This document shows positions 39,366-48,241 of a stretch of 48,924 nucleotides of DNA, piece by piece (the stretch's first letter is position 1; every line of letters begins with the position of its first letter). The notes under the pieces were generated by a model. It made no database searches. It saw only the letters and a program-made list of their open reading frames with translations, and had not been told where the DNA came from. The DNA lies in the NCBI GenBank assembly GCA_947259045.1, contig CAMYKZ010000019.1:1-48924 (forward strand), given 5' to 3'. Position numbers and translations under genes: made by a program. Source of the DNA: an uncultured Afifella sp. GTDB taxonomy: Bacteria > Pseudomonadota > Alphaproteobacteria > Rhizobiales > Afifellaceae.

Positions 39366-39629
39366 ATGTCCGAACAATCCCAAGCCTGGATCAGCTATTC
39401 CTATTTCTCTACCGCGTTGGCCATTGCGCTGATGCTCGGCGGCATCTGGTTTTCGCCGCTCGACATTTCCTTCAAGGCCTATTTCGCCATGGGCACGTTT
39501 TTCATGATCTCTTCGGTGATCAACCTGACCAAGGCGATGCGCGACAAGCATGAAGGCGAGAAATTCACCAACAAGCTTGAAGAGGCAAAAACCGAGAAGA
39601 TCCTGCGCGAGTTCGACGTTGCTGCCTGA
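39366..39629 (+). CDS. YiaA/YiaB two-helix-domain small inner membrane protein
   Basis: 87 aa with two TM helices (FSTALAIALMLGGIWFSPL; AMGTFFMISSVINLT) and a KD-rich tail. AAGGAG SD. Sits 43 nt downstream of the pspA-like gene. Confidence 0.65.
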   Translation: MSEQSQAWISYSYFSTALAIALMLGGIWFSPLDISFKAYFAMGTFFMISSVINLTKAMRDKHEGEKFTNKLEEAKTEKILREFDVAA

Positions 39630-39661
39630 TCGGGCTACCTGATCGGGCTGCCTGATCGGGA
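39625..39661. repeat. 13-bp direct tandem repeat CCTGATCGGGCT(A/G), about 2.8 copies, beginning inside the yiaAB-like stop codon
   Basis: cctgatcgggcta / cctgatcgggctg / cctgatcggga read directly from the sequence. Confidence 0.7.
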
Positions 39662-39841
39662 CTTTCCCGACAGACAATGACGTCGTCGAAGCGAAGCGGC
39701 CGGGCAAGCCCCCACCCGGCCGTTTTCGTTTGCGCCGTTTCGCGCTTGGCAGGATGGCGGATCCGGCGATTGGTGTATAATCCGCATCAGCCGGACGAAA
39801 TGATCGCCCCTAATAGGAACACTCCCTAAAAGGATAACCCG

Positions 39842-40228
39842 ATGAACAGACCGATCGAAACCGACGCTGCGCCGCCGCCATTTTCAAACTACAGCCAGGC
39901 CGTTGAAGTTCCGGCAAATGCCAGAACCGTGCATGTATCGGGTCAGGTTGGCGCAACGGCTGCAGGCGTGCTGCCCACCGAACCTGAACGACAACATGAA
40001 CAGGCATGGCAAAACGTCTTTGCGATCCTCGATGCCGCCGGAATGAACAAGGCCGATATTGTCGAGGTCTGGGCGATCGTGACCGATCACGATCAGGTTG
40101 CGGTCTACCGCAGCGTTCGCGACCGGATGCTTGAGGGACACAGATGCGCGTCGACCATGCTGGTCTGCGGCCTTGCCAATCCGCAGTGGATGGTCGAGAT
40201 TGCCGTGCGCGCCGCCCGCTCCGACTGA
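39842..40228 (+). CDS. RidA/YjgF/TdcF family protein (reactive enamine/imine deaminase family)
   Basis: 128 aa. PPFSNYSQAVEV...VHVSGQVG and a C-terminal GLANPQWMVEIAVRA are typical of the RidA fold. Confidence 0.8.
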   Translation: MNRPIETDAAPPPFSNYSQAVEVPANARTVHVSGQVGATAAGVLPTEPERQHEQAWQNVFAILDAAGMNKADIVEVWAIVTDHDQVAVYRSVRDRMLEGHRCASTMLVCGLANPQWMVEIAVRAARSD

Positions 40229-40306
40229 ACCGCTGCGGCAGATGTCTTCAACCGGCCTGATGTTCCGGCAAAAGCCGAATTCGATACCGCGAACAAAGGA
40301 TTATGG

Positions 40307-40864
40307 ATGCCCGTCTATTTCATCCGGCACGGCCAGTCGGAATTCAACGCCACGTTCAAGCAAGGCGACAGCGACCCGCTGATCTTTGATGCGCCGCTGA
40401 CGGCAAAGGGCATCCGCCAGGCCGAAGAGGCCAGGGCGCTTGTCGCGGATCTGGGCATCAGGCATGTGATCACATCGCCCCTGACCCGGGCGATCCAGAC
40501 GACGTTGCGCATTTTCGGCGATAGCCTTCCGATTATTGTCAATTCAGGTCACCGGGAACTGCTGATCCACAGTTGCGATGTCGGTCGTCCGCCGGAGGAA
40601 CTGCAGCGGGATTTCCCGGATCTGTCCTTCGCCCATCTCGACGAGATCTGGTGGCATCAGGGGCCGGAAAACGGTGATGGTGTTGCCAAAGAGCCGGAGG
40701 ACGTTTTCGTCAATCGGATGCAGGCCTTCAGCCGCAGCCTGGCGGAGATCGTCGACCGGCCGGTCGCCATTGTCGGGCACGGCAATGCCTTCCGGGCGCT
40801 GACCGGGCACATGATGGAAAATTGCGAAATACACCGGTATCAGCCAGCCGAGCCTCCCGCCTGA
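40307..40864 (+). CDS. Histidine phosphatase family protein (phosphoglycerate-mutase-like)
   Basis: RHG catalytic motif at the N-terminus (YFIRHGQSEFN) and ITSPLTRAIQT. Confidence 0.8.
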   Translation: MPVYFIRHGQSEFNATFKQGDSDPLIFDAPLTAKGIRQAEEARALVADLGIRHVITSPLTRAIQTTLRIFGDSLPIIVNSGHRELLIHSCDVGRPPEELQRDFPDLSFAHLDEIWWHQGPENGDGVAKEPEDVFVNRMQAFSRSLAEIVDRPVAIVGHGNAFRALTGHMMENCEIHRYQPAEPPA

Positions 40865-41067
40865 GGCTGTGCTGCCGGGACGATCAGGCCTTGATCGTGC
40901 CCGCACCGGAACCGGCAATATTGTCAAAACCGGAAAAATTGCGCAATCTGCAGCAGGTCACAATTCACCGGCTTGCGGGACGACATGTTCCGATCGGAAT
41001 TTTTTCGCAGCCTGTTTTCACGCGATCGCAGGCACAGCCTTGTGCCTGACAATTTAGGGGGCGAGTT

Positions 41068-41577
41068 TTGGCGATGAAATCCGGCATGCGCGGGACGATC
41101 TGTGGGTTGAGCCTTGTCTTTCTGCTGACCGGCTGTGTTCAGCATCTGCCCGTCACATCACCGGCGGTGAACGTCAATTTTGTACGCGGCGTGCCGAGCG
41201 CAGGCATGCTCGGATTTGAGCCGACCCATGTGCGGGTGTTCCAGAAAGCCGACAAGGGCAGTGTCGAAATTGCCGGTGCCGAATGCAGAATCCAGGGCAG
41301 CGGCTTTTCCGCCAGGTTGCTGTCGCCGGCGATCGTCAATCTGCCCGATTACGGTTTGAGATCCCTGCCGGTGACCGCAACCTGCAAATATGGAGAGCAG
41401 ACGGCAACGATCATCGCCAAACCCTATAGCGCGACGGCCGAGAGTTACCGGGATTATGCGACATCGTCGGCCGGTCTTGTCGGATTGCTGGTCGCCGAAA
41501 CGGTCATGTCGTTCGACAAGGAAAAGAAGAACCATGATTTCAAGTACCGGCCGATCCACGTCAAACTGCCGAAATGA
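41068..41577 (+). CDS. Putative lipoprotein of unknown function
   Basis: Signal peptide with lipobox LLTGC. The ORF track uses a TTG start at 41068; the first ATG is at 41074. Confidence 0.55.
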   Translation: MAMKSGMRGTICGLSLVFLLTGCVQHLPVTSPAVNVNFVRGVPSAGMLGFEPTHVRVFQKADKGSVEIAGAECRIQGSGFSARLLSPAIVNLPDYGLRSLPVTATCKYGEQTATIIAKPYSATAESYRDYATSSAGLVGLLVAETVMSFDKEKKNHDFKYRPIHVKLPK

Positions 41578-41786
41578 CCATCGGCACGATGGCGGTCAGG
41601 GCCGCGAAAGCTCAGCCCGCCGGCAAGCCGGAGGCCCGCCCGATCAGCCCTCCGCCAGCGGCGTCTCCGAACCCGCATGATCCCCATGCAGCATGATTGC
41701 GCCAGATGAACCTTCTCTGTTGCCGCGGCGACAAACAGACGAGGCATTGAAGTTCCGATGCCGGTTCACGCAAACGGAGATGCAAA

Positions 41787-42161
41787 ATGTTCAGAGATAC
41801 CACACTTTCGGTCATTGCTATCGCCGCGGCTTTTGTCGCTTTTCAGCCGATCGCCAACGCCAATGCAGAAGGCGTGTACCAGATCAATCCTGAGATCCTG
41901 GCCGTCGAGCCGGCCATAACGCCGGAACTGGTGGCCACGCCGACACTCGCAGAGCCGGACTACACCATTATTCCCTCCGACCCGATTGTCCTGGATCCGA
42001 TCAGCTGCAAGGCCGCACGGAAACTGGTCAAGAATGCCGGCTACCACAAGATCAAGACAATTGAATGCAACGGCGCCGTCTACACGTTCAAGGCCAAGAA
42101 GAACGGCCACAAAATGGCTGTTGCGGTAAATGCCTATTCCAAGCAGGTTTCGGCCCTTTGA
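41787..42161 (+). CDS. Small secreted protein with a PepSY-like C-terminal domain
   Basis: Signal peptide MFRDTTLSVIAIAAAFVAFQPIANANA. C-terminal KAARKLVKNAGYHKIKTIECNGAVYTFKAKKNGHKMAVAVNAYSKQV resembles PepSY. Confidence 0.5.
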   Translation: MFRDTTLSVIAIAAAFVAFQPIANANAEGVYQINPEILAVEPAITPELVATPTLAEPDYTIIPSDPIVLDPISCKAARKLVKNAGYHKIKTIECNGAVYTFKAKKNGHKMAVAVNAYSKQVSAL

Positions 42162-42209
42162 GCCTGAAGCGGGCGGCAGGTGTTGTCCAATTATCGGATC
42201 CGCCGCCGC

Positions 42210-42578
42210 TCAGCCGGCCGGCGTCATCCAGCCGATCAACGCGCCGTCGGGCTGCCTGATGATCGCGATGCGGCCGATGCCCGGCATATCGAAGGCCGGC
42301 CGGACGGCCTCGGCGCCGGCGGCAACCGCCTTTTCCAGCCGCGCGTCGATATCGTCAACGGCGAGATAGGCAAACCAGCGGTCGGAACCGCCGTCGAAAT
42401 CGCCGCCGCTCATGATGCCGCCAACAGGCGTTTCGCCGTTCATGGCGACATGATAGGTGCCGTCCGGCATCTCCATGTCCTCAAACGTCCAGCCGATTGT
42501 TTCGGCATAGAACTTCTTGGCACTGTCGGGATCGTGCGTCATCAGTTCGTTCCAGTGGAAATGTCCATGATCAGCCAT
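42210..42578 (-). CDS. VOC family protein (glyoxalase/bleomycin-resistance fold)
   Basis: 122 aa. HFHWNELMTHDPDSAKKFYAETIGWTF is typical of the VOC N-terminus. AGGAGAG SD. Confidence 0.8.
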   Translation of the reverse strand: MADHGHFHWNELMTHDPDSAKKFYAETIGWTFEDMEMPDGTYHVAMNGETPVGGIMSGGDFDGGSDRWFAYLAVDDIDARLEKAVAAGAEAVRPAFDMPGIGRIAIIRQPDGALIGWMTPAG

Positions 42579-42725
42579 GCCGCTCTCCTGCTCTCGATTC
42601 GAACCAGGTTTTCAGATTAATTAACGATACGGTTAATTGCAACCGATTTATCGCCGGGCGTCTTCAGCAGACGCTAACCTTTTGCCGCTAGAAGGTCTGC
42701 GCGAATCTTAACGGGGATTGAATTC

Positions 42726-44474
42726 ATGCTTGGTGTTGTTCTTGGACTTGTCGCGCTCGCGCTCGGAATCATGCTGCTTGCAAAACCGAACCTTCTGCGC
42801 TTCAGGCGTTTGGGCGCCGCCGGCGGTTATATTGCCGGCATTATCGGCCTTGTTGTCGGAATTGCGCTGCTTTCCAGTTCCAGTTTTGTCGTTATCGACG
42901 CCAATTCCGTCGGTCATCTGAAACGCATCTACGCTTTTGAGAATATGGATTCCGGCCAGATCATTGCCCTGGACGGCCAGAAAGGCCCGCAAGCGCGCAT
43001 TCTCGGGCCCGGATTTCACTTCATCCCGCTGGTCCGGGTGCTCTACGATTTCGAGGAATTTCCGGTGGTCAACGTGCCGGAGGGCTATTACGGCCAGATC
43101 ACCACGCTGGACGGCGGCCGCATGCCCGACGGCATGTTCATTGCACCTGCCATTCCCGACGACAAGGTCGCCGACATGCTGGGTGCGGAAACGTTTCTGG
43201 GCGAGGGAGGATTCAAGGGACCGCAGGAAACAGTGCTGAAGCCCGGCAATTACCGTCTCAACCGCTATCTTTTCAACATCACCGTTTCCCCGGAAACCAG
43301 TGCCACCATCGTGCCGGCCGGCCATGTCGCCGTCATCAAGTCGAATGTCCGTCGGCCCGGAGCCCAGTGTTTCGAAGAAGAGGTTGCCGCCACCGACGCG
43401 CTGCCGGGCGCGCTCTCTGTTCCGCTTGTGCCGCAGGGTTGTGTCGGCATCTGGAAGACACCACTGCTGCCGGGCGCCTATTATCTCAACCGCACCGCCT
43501 ACGAGGTGACGCTTGTCGATACACGGGTCAAGACCTGGGAATATAAGGGCGGATTCACCAAACGTATCATCGATCTTTCGGTCGATCAGGAAGGCAATAT
43601 CCAGCAGAGCGAGCGAACCGAGCCGCAACCCACACCGCCGGATGCGGCTGACCGGGCAGTCTTCGTCAAGGTCGAAGGCTGGGACATTCCGCAGGAACTG
43701 CGTGTGCTTGTCCAGGTCAGCCCGCAAAACGCGCCGATCGTCGTGGGCGCCGTCGGCGGGCTTGAAGAGATCGAAAACCGCATCCTGACCCCGGCGATCC
43801 GGTCGATCGTCCGCAACGTTGCAGGTTCCGAAATCAACCTGCCCGACCCGGACAATGCCGGCGCCACGATTTCCCGGCCGACCCGCGTGCTCGACCTGAT
43901 CGAAAGCCGCGATGCCCTGGAACAGAATATCGAAGCACTCGTCAAGCGCGAAGGCAGCAAGGCCGGTGTCGATATCCGTGAGATCCGCCTCGGCGAACCG
44001 TCGATCCCGCCGGAACTTCTTGTCTCAAGGCTGCGCCAGCAGCTCGCCGACCAGCTCTCGCAGGCCTACAAGCGCGAAACAGAAGCCCAGGAGCAGCGCA
44101 TCGAGACAGAACAGGCGCGCTCCACTGCCAACGAGCAGCCGCGGCTGGTCGCCTCGCAGATCGCAGTCAAGGTCGCGCGCCAGCGCGAAGAAGAGCGGGC
44201 CGCCCTCGGCCGCGCCGAACGGAAATATCTGGAAGAGCTGGCCCGTGGCCAGTTGGCCCAGGCGGAAGTGCTCGGCAAGGACCGCGTGGCGGTGCTGCAG
44301 GCGCTGGAAAAAATTCTGGTCTCCTTGGAGCGCAAACCGGAACTGGTTGCACTGGTCGGAAAACTGGTGCCCAACACGGTCGTGGGCGGCGAATCGGGGT
44401 TGGCCGGTGCGGCAGCGATTTTCGGCCAGAATTTCGGCGAACAGGCCCGCAGCCCGCGCAACGGACCGCAATAA
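42726..44474 (+). CDS. SPFH/band-7 domain membrane protein, flotillin/YqiK-like, with a long C-terminal coiled coil
   Basis: N-terminal TM helices, SPFH core (IVPAGHVAVIKSNVRRPG...), Ala/Glu/Gln/Arg-rich coiled coil (QAYKRETEAQEQRIETEQAR...). 582 aa. Confidence 0.75.
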   Translation: MLGVVLGLVALALGIMLLAKPNLLRFRRLGAAGGYIAGIIGLVVGIALLSSSSFVVIDANSVGHLKRIYAFENMDSGQIIALDGQKGPQARILGPGFHFIPLVRVLYDFEEFPVVNVPEGYYGQITTLDGGRMPDGMFIAPAIPDDKVADMLGAETFLGEGGFKGPQETVLKPGNYRLNRYLFNITVSPETSATIVPAGHVAVIKSNVRRPGAQCFEEEVAATDALPGALSVPLVPQGCVGIWKTPLLPGAYYLNRTAYEVTLVDTRVKTWEYKGGFTKRIIDLSVDQEGNIQQSERTEPQPTPPDAADRAVFVKVEGWDIPQELRVLVQVSPQNAPIVVGAVGGLEEIENRILTPAIRSIVRNVAGSEINLPDPDNAGATISRPTRVLDLIESRDALEQNIEALVKREGSKAGVDIREIRLGEPSIPPELLVSRLRQQLADQLSQAYKRETEAQEQRIETEQARSTANEQPRLVASQIAVKVARQREEERAALGRAERKYLEELARGQLAQAEVLGKDRVAVLQALEKILVSLERKPELVALVGKLVPNTVVGGESGLAGAAAIFGQNFGEQARSPRNGPQ

Positions 44475-44491
44475 CCATCCCAGACGGCGGC

Positions 44492-45019
44492 TTAGGGTGT
44501 CTTCGCCTCCGCCAGCGCGGCGCGGAACGCATGCGCGAAACTGCGCCTGTCGTCCGGGTTGAGGAATGCGCCGATGGCGACCGCTTCGTCGCGCGAGCGT
44601 ACCCGCATGCCGGTGATGCCCTCGTCTTCTTCTTCGGTCACTTCCAGCCGGGCCCAGTAGGGGTTCAGCATCACCTCGCTTGCCCGGCCGTTCGGCTGGA
44701 CCCGGCGGATGGTCAGAGCATCGCGTGACAGGATGACATATTCGCGCGTCCGGCCTGCCCGGTAATTGAGCCGGAAGGCCAGCCAGATGATGAACACGTC
44801 GAGACCGAGAAAGCCGACCACCGGCCAGGCGCCGAGATTGTAAAACATCAGCCCGGCGAAAAAGCAGGTCAGGCCGACAAACGCCATCATCACCGCAAAT
44901 CCGCGCGGCCCCAGCGATCGGTGCGGTGTCAGGGTGGCGGCGAAGATCACCGCGCTCTGGCTGTCGCCGGAGGCGGTTTCGCTGTGGTCAGGCTCATCTG
45001 CGTCATTGCTGCCGGTCAT
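44492..45019 (-). CDS. Small 2-TM integral membrane protein, DUF2244-like
   Basis: Hydrophobic pair FAVMMAFVGLTCFFAGLMFYNLGAWPVVGFLGLDVFIIWLAF. Convergent with the SPFH gene and divergent from nth. Family assignment is tentative. Confidence 0.5.
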   Translation of the reverse strand: MTGSNDADEPDHSETASGDSQSAVIFAATLTPHRSLGPRGFAVMMAFVGLTCFFAGLMFYNLGAWPVVGFLGLDVFIIWLAFRLNYRAGRTREYVILSRDALTIRRVQPNGRASEVMLNPYWARLEVTEEEDEGITGMRVRSRDEAVAIGAFLNPDDRRSFAHAFRAALAEAKTP

Positions 45020-45041
45020 GATTGTTGATTATAGAATTGTT

Positions 45042-45797
45042 ATGGAGAAAAACACGCCCCCGGCGAAAAATACCGCAGCCGACAAGCCGGCGGCCCGCAA
45101 GCGCGCTGCCAGCAAGCCGGTTGCGAAAAAACCCGCCGGCAAAAAACCTGCGATGCGCTCGAAGCTGACCAGGGCGGAAATCGAGACCTTCTATTCCAGG
45201 CTCGAAGCGCAGATGCCGGAGCCGAAAGGCGAGCTCGATTATGTCAACGCCTATACGTTGCTGGTTGCCGTGGTGCTGTCGGCCCAGGCCACCGATGTCG
45301 GCGTCAACAAGGCAACCGGGCCGCTGTTCAGGATCGCCGATACGCCGGAAAAGATGCTGGTGCTCGGCGAGGACAAGGTCCGCGAATACATCAAGACGAT
45401 CGGGCTCTACCGCAACAAGGCAAAAAACGTCATTGCCTTGTCGGATATGCTGGTGCGGGAACACGAAAGTCAGGTGCCGCGCGAGCGGGCCGCCCTTGAG
45501 CGGTTGCCCGGCGTTGGCCGCAAGACCGCAAACGTGGTGCTCAACATCGCCTTCAAGGAACCGACGATCGCCGTCGACACCCACATTTTCCGCATTTCCA
45601 ACCGCACCGGCCTGGCGCCGGGCAAGGACGTTGTGGCGGTGGAGCAGATGCTGGAAAAGGTGACGCCGGACCGGTTCCGCCTGCACGCCCATCACTGGCT
45701 GATCCTGCACGGGCGGTACGTCTGCAAGGCGCGCAAGCCGGACTGCCCGGTGTGTGTTGTTGCGGATGTCTGCAAGTTCAGGGACAAGGTGATCTGA
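45042..45797 (+). CDS. nth: Endonuclease III (DNA glycosylase/AP lyase) with a Lys/Ala/Pro-rich N-terminal extension
   Basis: HhH-GPD LLVAVVLSAQATDVGVNKATGPLF, catalytic-Lys region, [4Fe-4S] CPVCVVADVC. Start 45042 includes the K/A/P-rich tail; an alternative start at ATG 45153 (MRSKLT) corresponds to the E. coli N-terminus. Confidence 0.85.
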   Translation: MEKNTPPAKNTAADKPAARKRAASKPVAKKPAGKKPAMRSKLTRAEIETFYSRLEAQMPEPKGELDYVNAYTLLVAVVLSAQATDVGVNKATGPLFRIADTPEKMLVLGEDKVREYIKTIGLYRNKAKNVIALSDMLVREHESQVPRERAALERLPGVGRKTANVVLNIAFKEPTIAVDTHIFRISNRTGLAPGKDVVAVEQMLEKVTPDRFRLHAHHWLILHGRYVCKARKPDCPVCVVADVCKFRDKVI

Positions 45798-45935
45798 GCG
45801 GTTAAATTCTGATCGTCCGGTTAGACTTGAGAGGACCTCCCCTGTCGATCATATACGCAAGAAAACCGATCGCATGCATTTCGAGATATGACTACCCGCC
45901 ATGAACCGGATCAGGCCGCAGTTGACCGGCCGCGC

Positions 45936-47342
45936 TTATCCCGACGGCCCAGCGGCGGCGGGTTCAGGTCCGGCACCGCCTGGACGATCGTCAAGCGCTG
46001 CCTTCAGTGCCACAAGGCATTGCGGGTCGATGGCCGGACCCGCCTTTTCATCCATGATCGCCAGCGCCTCGTCCACCGGCATCGCGGCGCGGTAGGGCCG
46101 GTCCGCGGTCAGCGCGTCGAATATGTCCGCCGTAGTGACGATCCGCGTGTCGAGATCGATTTCATCGCCCTGCAATCCGTAGGGATAACCCGTGCCGTCG
46201 AGCCGCTCATGATGGCCTGCGACAACCGGCTTAAGGTCCGCAAACGCGGAAATGCCCGACAGGATAGCCTCGCCATGGACGGGATGCATTTTCACCGCTT
46301 CCCATTCATCGGCATCAAGCCAGCTTCGCTTGTCGAGAATCCTGTTGCTGACGCCGAGCTTGCCGATATCGTGCAGCAGGGCCGCCCTTCGAAGCGTGCG
46401 CCGGTGCCGCTCATCCAGGCCGATCCGACTGCCAATCAGGTCGGTGAACAGGGTCACGCGCTGGCTGTGTCCTGACGTGAACGGACTCTTGGCATCAATC
46501 ACCTGGGCAAACGCGGAGGCGATATCGTCAAGGTAATCCTCGTCGGCAAGCTTGATCATCCGGGCCGGCTCAAGATCGTAGATGGCGTCAGAAAGCCGTT
46601 CTGAACGAAGAGTTTCCCAAAATGCATCATCGTTTGCAAACATCGCAAAGACATGGGTGAGATAAGGCGCGAACCATGTTCCCGAGCGTTGCTTCACTTC
46701 ATCGATCGCCGCCTGAGGCCCGGCGCTGGAATGGAAAACGTCGATCACCTGTGCCATCAGCGCCAGTTGCGACAGGATCGATATGTCATCGCCGCCGATG
46801 CGCTCCGGCAAACCGCTGCCATCCCAGTGCTCGTCGAGCTGGCGGATCGGTGTAGCGACCGATTCCGGAAACCCGAGTTTACGGGCAATCCCGGCACCGG
46901 TCTGGCACCGCGTCTCGATCTGCTCGCGGGCGATTTCACCGCCGTTTTGCAGAATGTTGACGACGGCACGGAAGCGTTCGGCAAGACCGGCCTCAGGCCC
47001 GGTATGGGTCAGGACGAAATGCAGCACCTGGGGCAGGCTGCCGTTGACGTGCTTGAAATCGTGCTTGAATGTCAGATCGTCGGCGAGATAGAGCTGGCAG
47101 ATCCGCGCCGCATTACTGCTGCAGCCGAGATCCTTCAGCAGCAAAGTGTAGTAGAGATCGGACAGCTGGCGGTCATTCAGGGCGATTTTCCGGCCGACCT
47201 GCATGCCGATCCAGCAACACCGGATGCAATGGCCCTGCGGCTGGCCTTCGGTCAGGTCAAGCGCACGGCTCATCGAACTCAGCAATTCGGCGACACGAAG
47301 CTCCCGCTGGCCGTCTTCCGGTTCTATCGCCAATTGCCCCAT
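45936..47342 (-). CDS. HD-GYP domain cyclic-di-GMP phosphodiesterase family protein, with a degenerate N-terminal HD-like domain
   Basis: C-terminal LLHDIGKLGV...HHERLDGTGYPYGL is a canonical HD-GYP. The N-terminal half has an HD-like fold with KDLG in place of HDxG. Confidence 0.85.
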   Translation of the reverse strand: MGQLAIEPEDGQRELRVAELLSSMSRALDLTEGQPQGHCIRCCWIGMQVGRKIALNDRQLSDLYYTLLLKDLGCSSNAARICQLYLADDLTFKHDFKHVNGSLPQVLHFVLTHTGPEAGLAERFRAVVNILQNGGEIAREQIETRCQTGAGIARKLGFPESVATPIRQLDEHWDGSGLPERIGGDDISILSQLALMAQVIDVFHSSAGPQAAIDEVKQRSGTWFAPYLTHVFAMFANDDAFWETLRSERLSDAIYDLEPARMIKLADEDYLDDIASAFAQVIDAKSPFTSGHSQRVTLFTDLIGSRIGLDERHRRTLRRAALLHDIGKLGVSNRILDKRSWLDADEWEAVKMHPVHGEAILSGISAFADLKPVVAGHHERLDGTGYPYGLQGDEIDLDTRIVTTADIFDALTADRPYRAAMPVDEALAIMDEKAGPAIDPQCLVALKAALDDRPGGAGPEPAAAGPSG

Positions 47343-47462
47343 GAATCTTTCAGGTCCTGCCTGTCATTCAGCCGTAACGTCTCGTAACAGACGAACGGTT
47401 AATCCTGTCCAATGGTTCGGTGCGACCCGGCGGTCTTGTTAATCGGCTGTTAACGGCCGCGC

Positions 47463-48221
47463 TCACACAACAGCCATCTGCACAATCAGGATCGTGCCCG
47501 ATGCCAAGAGCAGGACCAGGACAATGCGCCTGAAGGCCGTTTCGCTGATGCGCCGATAGGCTTTGACGCCGACCCAGGCGCCCGCCAGCGTGGCCGGCAG
47601 ACACAGGCCTGCGACGATCATCACATGCCGGTCGATCTGGCCGCTGATCGTCATGCCGATGCCGGCAAGCGCCAGCACGATCAGGTTGAACGGCTGGTAG
47701 ACGGCGCGCTGCTCGCCGCTGTCGCCGCCGCGAAGCTGCAGCCAGACCAGCGGCAGCACGCCGGACAGGCCGGCAAGGCCGCCGAGAACCCCGCCACCCG
47801 TGCCGATCATCGCGTCAGCGGCGCGGCCGCCCCAGGATCTGACGGAAAGCCGGGCAAGGCCGGTCAGCTGAAACAGCGCATATCCGGCCAGGAAAATTCC
47901 GACCGTCAGCCGCAACAGGTCCGGCGAGACATGGCTGAGCGCCAGCACGCCAAACGGCACCCCGGCAATGCCGCCGGCAAGATAGGGTCCGGCCCGCCGC
48001 CAGGCGAAGGCGCCGCGCACGGCGTAAAGGCCGATCAATTGCGAGGCGACGGAGGAAATTGCCACAAGCGGCGGCACCATGACCGCGGGCAGAGCATGGA
48101 ACCAGACCCCGGAGGCGACGAGACCGGTGCTGAAACCGGCAAAACCTTAGGTAAAGCCGGCGACAAGCGCGCCGGCAATCGCCAGCGCCAGAGACAGGAT
48201 GTCTGGAAGCTCAGCGTACAT
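47463..48221 (-). pseudogene. TauE/SafE (DUF81) family sulfite/anion exporter gene interrupted by an in-frame TAA at 48149..48147
   Basis: Minus-strand ATG 48221: MYAELPDILSLALAIAGALVAGFT-*-GFAGFSTGLVASGVWFHALPAVMVPPLVAISS... continues in the same frame into ORF 47463..48080. The stop falls inside the conserved Gly-rich first TM motif. Confidence 0.55.
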
Positions 48222-48241
48222 TCTTCGTCAAAACAGCCAGT

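Noticed and set aside
39625-39661. Tandem repeats after the yiaAB-like gene as a CRISPR array
   Set aside because: Only about 2.8 units of 13 bp, contiguous with no spacers. There are no cas genes in the window.
48147-48149. In-frame stop in the TauE gene as programmed recoding (selenocysteine or read-through)
   Set aside because: The codon is TAA, not TGA, with no SECIS-like context. A nonsense mutation or sequencing error is much more likely.
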